A stretch of 64,000 nt of DNA, from positions 124,001 to 188,000 of the forward strand of contig JBHGNT010000026.1 in NCBI GenBank assembly GCA_043228905.1. Reading direction: 5' to 3'. The notes beneath the pieces are model-generated. The model saw nothing but the letters and a program-made list of their open reading frames with translations. It did not search any database and had not been told where the DNA came from. The stretch comes from Azolla caroliniana (Eukaryota; Plantae; Polypodiophyta). Of this stretch, positions 1 to 12,200 are shown one piece after another. The translations under genes and the position numbers were made by a program. Every line of letters starts with the position of its first letter. Position 1 is the first letter of the stretch.

Positions 1-178
1 CGAATCGAAGCTAACAACGCTAGCTATCATATGGAATTGAAAAATCAAGATTTTGAAACTCAGGTCGAGAGACATGACGAAATTAGCAAATTTGAGGAGT
101 GAGTTGAGAGAAGCCCTTGAGTAAATTAAAATGTTCATACCTAGCTCGTGTGATATCGGAATTTTGTGTACAAACATG
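1..178 (+). repeat. Representative monomer (arbitrary phase). Approximate consensus: CGAATCGAAGCTAACAACGCTAGCTATGATATGGAATTAAAAAATCAAGATTTTGAAACTCAGGTCGAGAGACATGACGAAATTACCAAATTTGAGGAGTGAGTTGAGAGGAGCCCTTGAGTAAATTAAAATGTTCATACCTAGCGAGTGTGATATCGGATTTTTGTGTTCAAACATG
   Basis: Consensus read by eye from many monomers. It carries near-invariant NheI (GCTAGC, pos 19-24) and EcoRV (GATATC, pos 152-157) sites. Confidence 0.95.
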
Positions 179-3100
179 CGAATCGAAGCTAACAACGCTA
201 GCTATGATATGGAATTGAAAAATCAAGATTTTGAAACTCAGGTCGAGAGACATGACGAAATTACCAAATTTGAGGAGGGAGTTAAGAAGAGCTATTAGGT
301 AAATTAAAATGTTCATACCTGGCTCGTGTGATATCGGATTTTTGTGTTCAAACATGCGAATCGAAGCTAACAACGCTGGCTATGATATAGAATTAAAAAA
401 TCAAGATTTTGACACTCAGGTCGAGAGACATGACGAAATTACCAAATTTGAGGAGTGAGTTGAGAGGAGCCCTTGAGTAAATTAAAATGTTCATACATAG
501 CGAGTGTGATATCGGATTTTTGTTTACAAACATGCGAATCGAAGCTAACAACGCTAGCTATGATATGGAATTAAAAAATCAAGATTTTGAAACTAAGGTC
601 GAGAGACATGACGAAATTACCAAATTTGAGGAGGGAGTTGAGAGGGGCCCTTGAGTAAATTAAAATGTTCATACCTAGCGAGTGTGATATCGGAATTTTG
701 TGTTCAAACATGCGAATCAAACCTAACAACGCTAGCTATGATCTAGAATTAAAAAAGCAAGATTTTGAAACTCAGGTCGAGAGACATGACGAAATTACCA
801 ACTTTGAGGAGTGAGTTGAGATGAGCCCTTGAGTATATTAAAATGGTCATACCTAGCGAGTGTGATATCGGATTTTTGTGTTCAAACATGCGAATCGAAG
901 CCAACAACGCTAGCTATGATACGGACTTAAAAAATCAAGATTTTGAAACTCAGGTCGAGAGACATGACGAAATTACCAACTTTGAGGAGTGAGTTGAGAT
1001 GAGCCCTTGAGTATATTAAAATGGTCATACCTAGCGAGTGTGATATCGGATTTTTGTGTTCAAACATGCGAATCGAAGCCAACAACGCTAGCTATGACAT
1101 GGAATTAAAAAATCAAGATTATGAAACTCAGGTCGAGAGACATGACGAAATTACCAAATTTGAGGAGGGAGTTAAGAAGAGCTATTAGGTAAATTAAAAT
1201 GTTCATACCTGGCTCGTGTGATATCGGATTTTTGTGTTCAAACATGCGAATCGAAGCTAACAACGCTAGCTATGATATGGAATTACAAAATCAAGATTTT
1301 GAAACTCCAGGCGAGAGACATGACGAAATTACCAAATTTGAGGAGTGAGGTTGGAAGAGCGCGTGAGTGAATTAAAATGTTCATACCTGGCTCGTGTGAT
1401 ATCGGATTTTTGTGTTCAAACATGCGAATCGAAGCTAACAACGCTAGCTATGATATGGACTTAAAAAATCAAGATTTTGAAACTCAGGTCGAGAGACATG
1501 ACGAAATTACCAACTTTGAGGAGTGAGTTGAGATGAGCCCTTGAGTATATTAAAATGGTCATACCTAGCGAGTGTGATATCGGATTTTTGTGTTCAAACA
1601 TGCGAATCGAAGCCAACAACGCTAGCTATGATATGGACTTAAAAAATCAAGATTTTGAAACTCAGGTCGAGAGACATGACGAAATTAGCAAATTTGAGGA
1701 GTGAGTTGAGAGGAGCCCTTGAGTAAATTAAAATGGTCATACCTAGCGAGTGTGATATCGGATTTTTGTGTACAAACATGCGAATCGAAGCTAACAACGC
1801 TAGCCATGACATGGAATTAAAAAATCAAGATTATGAAACTCAGGTCGAGAGACATGACGAAATTACCAAATTTGAGGAGGGAGTTAAGAAGAGCTATTAG
1901 GTAAATTAAAATGTTCATACCTGGCTCGTGTGATATCGGATTTTTGTGTTCAAACATGCGAATCGAAGCTAACAACGATAGCTATGATATAGAATTAAAA
2001 AATCAAGATTTTGACACTCAGGTCGAGAGACATGACGAAATTACCAAATTTGAGGAGTGAGTTGAGAGGAGCCCTTGAGTAAATTAAAATGTTCATACAT
2101 AGCGAGTGTGATATCGGATTTTTGTTTACAAACATGCGAATCGAAGCTAACAACGCTAGCTATGATATGGAATTAAAAAATCAAGATTTTGAAACTAAGG
2201 TCGAGAGACATGACGAAATTACCAAATTTGAGGAGGGAGTTGAGAGGGGCCCTTGAGTAAATTAAAATGTTCATACCTAGCGAGTGTGATATCGGAATTT
2301 TGTGTTCAAACATGCGAATCAAACCTAACAACGCTAGCTATGATCTAGAATTAAAAAAGCAAGATTTTGAAACTCAGGTCGAGAGACATGACGAAATTAC
2401 CAACTTTGAGGAGTGAGTGGAGATGAGCCCTTGAGTATATTAAAATGGTCATACCTAGCGAGTGTGATATCGGATTTTTGTGTTCAAACATGCGAATCGA
2501 AGCCAACAACGCTAGCTATGATATGGACTTAAAAAATCAAGATTTTGAAACTCAGGTCGAGAGACATGACGAAATTACCAACTTTGAGGAGTGAGTTGAG
2601 ATGAGCCCTTGAGTATATTAAAATGGTCATACCTAGCGAGTGTGAGATCGGATTTTTGTGTTCAAACATGCGAATCGAAGCCAACAACGCTAGCTATGAC
2701 ATGGAATTAAAAAATCAAGATTATGAAACTCAGGTCGAGAGACATGACGAAATTACCAAATTTGAGGAGGGAGTTAAGAAGAGCTATTAGGTAAATTAAA
2801 ATGTTCATACCTGGCTCGTGTGATATCGGATTTTTGTGTTCAAACATGCGAATCGAAGCTAACAACGTTAGCTATGATATAGAATTAAAAAATCAAAATT
2901 TTGACACTCAGGTCGAGAGACATGACGAAATTACCAAATTTGAGGAGTGAGTTGAGAGGAGCCCTTGAGTAAATTAAAATGTTCATACATAGCGAGTGTG
3001 ATATCGGATTTTTGTGTACAAACATGCGAATCGAAGCTAACAACGCTAGCTATGATATGGAATTAAAAAATCAAGATTTTGAAACTCAGGTCGAGAGACA

Positions 3101-6100
3101 TGACGAAATTACCAAATTTGAGGAGGGAGTTGAGAGGAGCCCTTGAGTAAATTAAAAGGGTCATACCTAGCGAGTGTGATATCGGATTTTTGTGTACAAA
3201 CATGCGAATCGAAGCTAACAACGCTAGGTATGATCTAGAATTAAAAAAGCAAGATTTTGAAACTCAGGTCGAGAGTCATGACGGAATTAGCAAATTTGAG
3301 GAGTGAGTTGAGAGGAGCCCTTGAGTAAATTAAAAGGGTCATACCTAGCGAGTGTGATATCGGATTTTTGTGTACAAACATGCGAATCGAAGCTAACAAC
3401 GCTAGCTATCATATGGAATTGAAAAATCAAGATTTTGAAACTCAGGTCGAGAGACATGACGAAATTAGCAAATTTGAGGAGTGAGTTGAGAGAAGCCCTT
3501 GAGTAAATTAAAATGTTCATACCTAGCGAGTGTGATATCGGAATTTTGTGTACAAACATGCGAATCGAAGCTAACAACGCTAGCTATGATATGGAATTGA
3601 AAAATCAAGATTTTGAAACTCAGGTCGAGAGACATGACGAAATTAGCAAATTTGAGGAGTGAGTTGAGAGGAGCCCTTGAGTAAATAAAAATGTTCATAC
3701 CTAGCTCGTGTGATATCGGATTTTTGTGTTCAAACATGCGAATCGAAGCTAACAACGCTAGCTATGATATGGAATTACAAAATCAAGATTTTGAAACTCC
3801 AGGCGAGAGACATGACGAAATTACCAAATTTGAGGAGTGAGGTTGGAAGAGCGCGTGAGTGAATTAAAATGTTCATACCTGGCTCGTGTGATATCGGATT
3901 TTTGTGTTCAAACATGCGAATCGAAGCTAACAACGCTAGCTATGATATGGACTTAAAAAATCAAGATTTTGAAACTCAGGTCGAGAGACATGACGAAATT
4001 ACCAACTTTGAGGAGTGAGTTGAGATGAGCCCTTGAGTATATTAAAATGGTCATACCTAGCGAGTGTGATATCGGATTTTTGTGTTCAAACATGCGAATC
4101 GAAGCCAACAACGCTAGCTATGATATGGACTTAAAAAATCAAGATTTTGAAACTCAGGTCGAGAGACATGACGAAATTAGCAACTTTGAGGAGTGAGTTG
4201 AGATGAGCCCTTGAGTATATTAAAATGGTCATACCTAGCGAGTGTGATATCGGATTTTTGTGTTCAAACATGCGAATCGAAGCCAACAACGCTAGCTATG
4301 ACATGGAATTAAAAAATCAAGATTATGAAACTCAGGTCGAGAGACATGACGAAATTACCAAATTTGAGGAGGGAGTTAAGAAGAGCTATTAGGTAAATTA
4401 AAATGTTCATACCTGGCTCGTGTGATATCGGATTTTTGTGTTCAAACATGCGAATCGAAGCTAACAACGCTAGCTATGATATAGAATTAAAAAATCAAGA
4501 TTTTGACACTCAGGTCGAGAGACATGACGAAATTACCAAATTTGAGGAGTGAGTTGAGAGGAGCCCTTGAGTAAATTAAAATGTTCATACATAGCGAGTG
4601 TGATATCGGATTTTTGTGTACAAACATGCGAATCGAAGCTAACAACGCTAGCTATGATATGGAATTGAAAAATCAAGATTTTGAAACTCAGGTCGAGAGA
4701 CATGACGAAATTACCAAATTTGAGGAGTGAGTTGAGAGGAGCCCTTGAGTAAATAAAAATGTTCATACCTAGCTCGTGTGATATCGGATTTTTGTGTTCA
4801 AACATGCGAATCGAAGCTAACAACGCTAGCTATGATATGGAATTACAAAATCAAGATTTTGAAACTCCAGGCGAGAGACATGACGAAATTACCAAATTTG
4901 AGGAGTGAGGTTGGAAGAGCGCGTGAGTGAATTAAAATGTTCATACCTGGCTCGTGTGATATCGGATTTTTGTGTTCAAACATGCGAATCGAAGCTAACA
5001 ACGCTAGCTATGATATGGACTTAAAAAATCAAGATTTTGAAACTCAGGTCGAGAGACATGACGAAATTACCAACTTTGAGGAGTGAGTTGAGATGAGCCC
5101 TTGAGTATATTAAAATGGTCATACCTAGCGAGTGTGATATCGGATTTTTGTGTTCAAACATGCGAATCGAAGCCAACAACGCTAGCTATGATATGGAATT
5201 GAAAAATCAAGATTTTGAAACTCAGGTCGAGAGACATGACGAAATTAGCAAATTTGAGGAGTGAGTTGAGAGGAGCCCTTGAGTAAATAAAAATGTTCAT
5301 ACCTAGCTCGTGTGATATCGGATTTTTGTGTTCAAACATGCGAATCGAAGCTAACAACGCTAGCTATGATATGGACTTAAAAAATCAAGATTTTGAAACT
5401 CAGGTCGAGAGACATGACGAAATTACCAACTTTGAGGAGTGAGTTGAGATGAGCCCTTGAGTATATTAAAATGGTCATACCTAGCGAGTGTGATATCGGA
5501 TTTTTGTGTTCAAACATGCGAATCGAAGCCAACAACGCTAGCTATGATATGGACTTAAAAAATCAAGATTTTGAAACTCAGGTCGAGAGACATGACGAAA
5601 TTACCAACTTTGAGGAGTGAGTTGAGATGAGCCCTTGAGTATATTAAAATGGTCATACCTAGCGAGTGTGATATCGGATTTTTGTGTTCAAACATGCGAA
5701 TCGAAGCTAACAACGCTAGCTATGATATGGAATTACAAAATCAAGATTTTGAAACTCCAGGCGAGAGACATGACGAAATTACCAAATTTGAGGAGTGAGG
5801 TTGGAAGAGCGCGTGAGTGAATTAAAATGTTCATACCTGGCTCGTGTGATATCGGATTTTTGTGTTCAAACATGCGAATCGAAGCTAACAACGCTAGCTA
5901 TGATATGGATTTAAAAAATCAAGATTTTGAAACTCAGGTCGAGAGACATGACGAAATTACCAACTTTGAGGAGTGAGTTGAGATGAGCCCTTGAGTATAT
6001 TAAAATGGTCATACCTAGCGAGTGTGATATCGGATTTTTGTGTTCAAACATGCGAATCGAAGCCAACAACGCTAGCTATGATATGGAATTAAAAAATCAA

Positions 6101-6230
6101 GATTTTGAAACTCAGGTCGAGAGACATGACGAAATTAGCAAATTTGAGGAGTGAGTTGAGAGGAGCCCTTGAGTAAATTAAAATGGTCATACCTAGCGAG
6201 TGTGATATCGGATTTTTGTGTTGAAACATG

Positions 6231-9200
6231 CGAATCGAAGCTAACAACGCTAGCTATGACATGGAATTAAAAAATCAAGATTATGAAACTCAGGTCGAGA
6301 GACATGACGAAATTACCAAATTTGAGGAGGGAGTTAAGAAGAGCTATTAGGTAAATTAAAATGTTCATACCTGGCTCGTGTGATATCAGATTTTTGTGTT
6401 CAAACATGCGAATCGAAGCTAACAACGCTAGCTATGATATAGAATTAAAAAATCAAGATTTTGACACTCAGGTCGAGAGACATGACGAAATTACCAAATT
6501 TGAGGAGTGAGTTGAGAGGAGCCCTTGAGTAAATTAAAATGTTCATACCTAGCGAGTGTGATATCGGAATTTTGTGTTCAAACATGCGAATCAAACCTAA
6601 CAACGCTAGCTATGATCTAGAATTAAAAAAGGAAGATTTTGAAACTCAGGTCGAGAGTCATGACGGAATTAGCAAATTTGAGGAGTGAGTTGAGAGGAGC
6701 CCTTGAGTAAATTAAAAGGGTCATACCTAGCGAGTGTGATATCGGATTTTTGTGTACAAACATGCGAATCGAAGCTAACAACGCTAGCTATCATATGGAA
6801 TTGAAAAATCAAGATTTTGAAACTCAGGTCGAGAGATATGACGAAATTAGCAAATTTGAGGAGTGAGTTGAGAGAAGCCCTTGAGTAAATTAAAATGTTC
6901 ATACCTAGCGAGTGTGATATCGGAATTTTGTGTACAAACATGCGAATCGAAGCTAACAACGCTAGCTATGATATGGAATTGAAAAATCAAGATTTTGAAA
7001 CTCAGGTCGAGAGACATGACGAAATTAGCAAATTTGAGGAGTGAGTTGAGAGGAGCCCTTGAGTAAATAAAAATGTTCATACCTAGCTCGTGTGATATCG
7101 GATTTTTGTGTTCAAACATGCGAATCGAAGCTAACAACGCTAGCTATGATATGGAATTACAAAATCAAGATTTTGAAACTCCAGGCGAGAGACATGACGA
7201 AATTACCAAATTTGAGGAGTGAGGGTGAAAGAGCGCGTGAGTGAATTAAAATGTTCATACCTGGCTCGTGTGATATCGGATTTTTGTGTTCAAACATGCG
7301 AATCGAAGCTAACAACGCTAGCTATGATATGGACTTAAAAAATCAAGATTTTGACACTCAGGTCGAGAGACATGACGAAATTACCAACTTTGAGGAGTGA
7401 GTTGAGATGAGCCCTTGAGTATATTAAAATGGTCATACCTAGCGAGTGTGATATCGGATTTTTGTGTTCAAACATGCGAATCGAAGCCAACAACGCTAGC
7501 TATGATATGGAATTAAAAAATCAAGATTTTGAAACTCAGGTCGAGAGACATGACGAAATTAGCAAATTTGAGGAGTGAGTTGAGAGGAGCCCTTGAGTAA
7601 ATTAAAATGTTCATACCTAGCGAGTGTGATATCGGATTTTTGTGTACAAACATGCGAATCGAAGCTAACAACGCTAGCTATGACATGGAATTAAAAAATC
7701 AAGATTATGAAACTCAGGTCGAGAGACATGACGAAATTACCAAATTTGAGGAGGGAGTTAAGAAGAGCTATTAGGTAAATTAAAATGTTCATACCTGGCT
7801 CGTGTGATATCGGATTTTTGTGTTCAAACATGCGAATCGAAGCTAACAACGCTGGCTATGATATAGAATTAAAAAATCAAGATTTTGACACTCAGGTCGA
7901 GAGACATGACGAAATTACCAAATTTGAGGAGTGAGTATAGAGGAGCCCTTGAGTAAATTAAAATGTTCATACCTAGCGAGTGTGATATCGGAATTTTGTG
8001 TACAAACATGCGAATCGAAGCTAACAACGCTAGCTATGATATGGAATTGAAAAATCAAGATTTTGAAACTCAGGTCGAGAGACATGACGAAATTAGCAAA
8101 TTTGAGGAGTGAGTTGAGAGGAGCCCTTGAGTAAATAAAAATGTGCATACCTAGCTCGTGTGATATCGGATTTTTGTGTTCAAACATGCGAATCGAAGCT
8201 AACAACGCTAGCTATGATATGGAATTACAAAATCAAGATTTTGAAACTCCAGGTGAGAGACATGACGAAATTACCAAATTTGAGGAGTGAGGTTGGAAGA
8301 GCGCGTGAGTGAATTAAAATGTTCATACCTGGCTCGTGTGATATCGGATTTTTGTGTTCAAACATGCGAATCGAAGCTAACAACGCTAGCTGTGATATGG
8401 ACTTAAAAAATCAAGATTTTGAAACTCAGGTCGAGAGACATGACGAAATTACCAACTTTGAGGAGTGAGTTGAGATGAGCCCTTGAGTATATTAAAATGG
8501 TCATACCTAGCGAGTGTGATATCGGATTTTTGTGTTCAAACATGCGAATCGAAGCCAACAACGCTAGCTATGATATGGAATAAAAAAATCAAGATTTTGA
8601 AACTCAGGTCGAGAGTCATGACGGAATTAGCAAATTTGAGGAGTGAGTTGAGAGGAGCCCTTGAGTAAATTAAAATGTTCATACCTAGCGAGTGTGATAT
8701 CGGAATTTTGTGTACAAACATGCGAATCGAAGCTAACAACGCTAGCTATGATATGGAATTGAAAAATCAAGATTTTGAAACTCAGGTCGAGAGACATGAC
8801 GAAATTAGCAAATTTGAGGAGTGAGTTGAGAGGAGCCCTTGAGTAAATAAAAATGTTCATACCTAGCTCGTGTGATATCGGATTTTTGTGTTCAAACATG
8901 CGAATCGAAGCTAACAACGCTAGCTATGATATGGAATTACAAAATCAAGATTTTGAAACTCCAGGCGAGAGACATGACGAAATTACCAAATTTGAGGAGT
9001 GAGGTTGGAAGAGCGCGTGAGTGAATTAAAATGTTCATACCTGGCTCGTGTGATATCGGATTTTTGTGTTCAAACATGCGAATCGAAGCTAACAACGCTA
9101 GCTATGATATGGACTTAAAAAATCAAGATTTTGAAACTCAGGTCGAGAGACATGACGAAATTACCAACTTTGAGGAGTGAGTTGAGATGAGCCCTTGAGT

Positions 9201-12200
9201 ATATTAAAATGGTCATACCTAGCGAGTGTGATATCGGATTTTTGTGTTCAAACATGCGAATCGAAGCCAACAACGCTAGCTATGATATGGAATTAAAAAA
9301 TCAAGATTTTGAAACTCAGGTCGAGAGACATGACGAAATTAGCAAATTTGAGGAGTGAGTTGAGAGGAGCCCTTGAGTAAATTAAAATGGTCATACCTAG
9401 CGAGTGTGATATCGGATTTTTGTGTACAAACATGCGAATCGAAGCTAACAACGCTAGCTATGACATGGAATTAAAAAATCAAGATTATGACACTCAGGTC
9501 GAGAGACATGACGAAATTACCAAATTTGAGGAGTGAGTTGAGAGGAGCCCTTGAGTAAATAAAAATGTTCATACCTAGCTCGTGTGATATCGGATTTTTG
9601 TGTTCAAACATGCGAATCGAAGCTAACAACGCTAGCTATGATATGGAATTACAAAATCAAGATTTTGAAACTCCAGGCGAGAGACATGACGAAATTACCA
9701 AATTTGAGGAGTGAGGTTGGAAGAGCGCGTGAGTGAATTAAAATGTTCATACCTGGCTCGTGTGATATCGGATTTTTGTGTTCAAACATGCGAATTGAAG
9801 CTAACAACGCTAGCTATGATATGGACTTAAAAAATCAAGATTTTGAAACTCAGGTCGAGAGACATGACGAAATTACCAACTTTGAGGAGTGAGTTGAGAT
9901 GAGCCCTTGAGTATATTAAAATGGTCATACCTAGCGAGTGTGATATCGGATTTTTGTGTTCAAACATGCGAATCGAAGCCAACAACGCTAGCTATGATAT
10001 GGAATTAAAAAATCAAGATTTTGAAACTCAGGTCGAGAGACATGACGAAATTAGCAAATTTGAGGAGTGAGTTGAGAGGAGCCCTTGAGTAAATTAAAAT
10101 GGTCATACCTAGCGAGTGTGATATCGGATTTTTGTGTACAAACATGCGAATCGAAGCTAACAACGCTAGCTATGACATGGAATTAAAAAATCAAGATTAT
10201 GACACTCAGGTCGAGAGACATGACGAAATTACCAAATTTGAGGAGTGAGTTGAGAGGAGCCCTTGAGTAAATAAAAATGTTCATACCTAGCTCGTGTGAT
10301 ATCGGATTTTTGTGTTCAAACATGCGAATCGAAGCTAACAACGCTAGCTATGATATGGAATTACAAAATCAAGATTTTGAAACTCCAGGCGAGAGACATG
10401 ACGAAATTACCAAATTTGAGGAGTGAGGTTGGAAGAGCGCGTGAGTGAATTAAAATGTTCATACCTGGCTCGTGTGATATCGGATTTTTGTGTTCAAACA
10501 TGCGAATTGAAGCTAACAACGCTAGCTATGATATGGACTTAAAAAATCAAGATTTTGAAACTCAGGTCGAGAGACATGACGAAATTACCAACTTTGAGGA
10601 GTGAGTTGAGATGAGCCCTTGAGTATATTAAAATGGTCATACCTAGCGAGTGTGATATCGGATTTTTGTGTTCAAACATGCGAATCGAAGCCAACAACGC
10701 TAGCTATGATATGGAATTAAAAAATTAAGATTTTGAAACTCAGGTCGAGAGACATGACGAAATTAGCAAATTTGAGGAGTGAGTTGAGAGGAGCCCTTGA
10801 GTAAATTAAAATGGTCATACCTAGCGAGTGTGATATCGGATTTTTGTGTACAAACATGCGAATCGAAGCTAACAACGCTAGCTATGACATGGAATTAAAA
10901 AATCAAGATTATGACACTCAGGTCGAGAGACATGACGAAATTACCAAATTTGAGGAGTGAGTTGAGAGGAGCCCTTGAGTAAATAAAAATGTTCATACCT
11001 AGCTCGTGTGATATCGGATTTTTGTGTTCAAACATGCGAATCGAAGCTAACAACGCTAGCTATGATATGGAATTACAAAATCAAGATTTTGAAACTCCAG
11101 GCGAGAGACATGACGAAATTACCAAATTTGAGGAGTGAGGTTGGAAGAGCGCGTGAGTGAATTAAAATGTTCATACCTGGCTCGTGTGATATCGGATTTT
11201 TGTGTTCAAACATGCGAATCGAAGCTAACAACGCTAGCTGTGATATGGACTTAAAAAATCAAGATTTTGAAACTCAGGTCGAGAGACATGACGAAATTAC
11301 CAACTTTGAGGAGTGAGTTGAGATGAGCCCTTGAGTATATTAAAATGGTCATACCTAGCGAGTGTGATATCGGATTTTTGTGTTCAAACATGCGAATCGA
11401 AGCCAACAACGCTAGCTATGATCTAGAATTAAAAAAGGAAGATTTTGAAACTCAGGTCGAGAGTCATGACGGAATTAGCAAATTTGAGGAGTGAGTTGAG
11501 AGGAGCCCTTGAGTAAATTAAAAGGGTCATACCTAGCGAGTGTGATATCGGATTTTTGTGTACAAACATGCGAATCGAAGCTAACAACGCTAGCTATCAT
11601 ATGGAATTGAAAAATCAAGATTTTGACACTCAGGTCGAGAGACATGACGAAATTAGCAAATTTGAGGAGTGAGTTGAGAGGAGCCCTTGAGTAAATTAAA
11701 ATGTTCATACCTAGCGAGTGTGATATCGGAATTTTGTGTACAAACATGCGAATCGAAGCTAACAACGCTAGCTATGATATGGAATTGAAAAATCAAGATT
11801 TTGAAACTCAGGTCGAGAGACATGACGAAATTAGCAAATTTGAGGAGTGAGTTGAGAGGAGCCCTTGAGTAAATAAAAATGTTCATACCTAGCTCGTGTG
11901 ATATCGGATTTTTGTGTTGAAACATGCGAATCGAAGCTAACAACGCTAGCTATGATATGGAATTACAAAATCAAGATTTTGAAACTCCAGGCGAGAGACA
12001 TGACGAAATTACCAAATTTGAGGAGTGAGGTTGGAAGAGCGCGTGAGTGAATTAAAATGTTCATACCTGGCTCGTGTGATATCGGATTTTTGTGTTCAAA
12101 CATGCGAATCGAAGCTAACAACGCTAGCTGTGATATGGGCTTAAAAAATCAAGATTTTGAAACTCAGGTCGAGAGACATGACGAAATTACCAACTTTGAG

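Noticed and set aside
91-120. Shine-Dalgarno-like GAGGAG, or telomere/G-quadruplex-like purine tract
   Set aside because: No credible downstream CDS, no telomeric repeat unit, and too few GGG runs for a canonical G4.
1-178. Identity with Arabidopsis CEN178, Brassica CentBr or primate alpha satellite
   Set aside because: Only the length is similar. From memory the sequences do not match; a database search is still needed.
1-178. 5S rDNA, tRNA, snRNA or spliced-leader tandem gene array
   Set aside because: No recognisable 5S, tRNA cloverleaf, A/B box or Sm-site sequence, and variation is spread across the unit rather than confined to a spacer.
170-190. CENP-B box (TTCG....A..CGGG) suggested by minus-strand CTTCGATTCG
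   Set aside because: The required downstream A and CGGG are absent.
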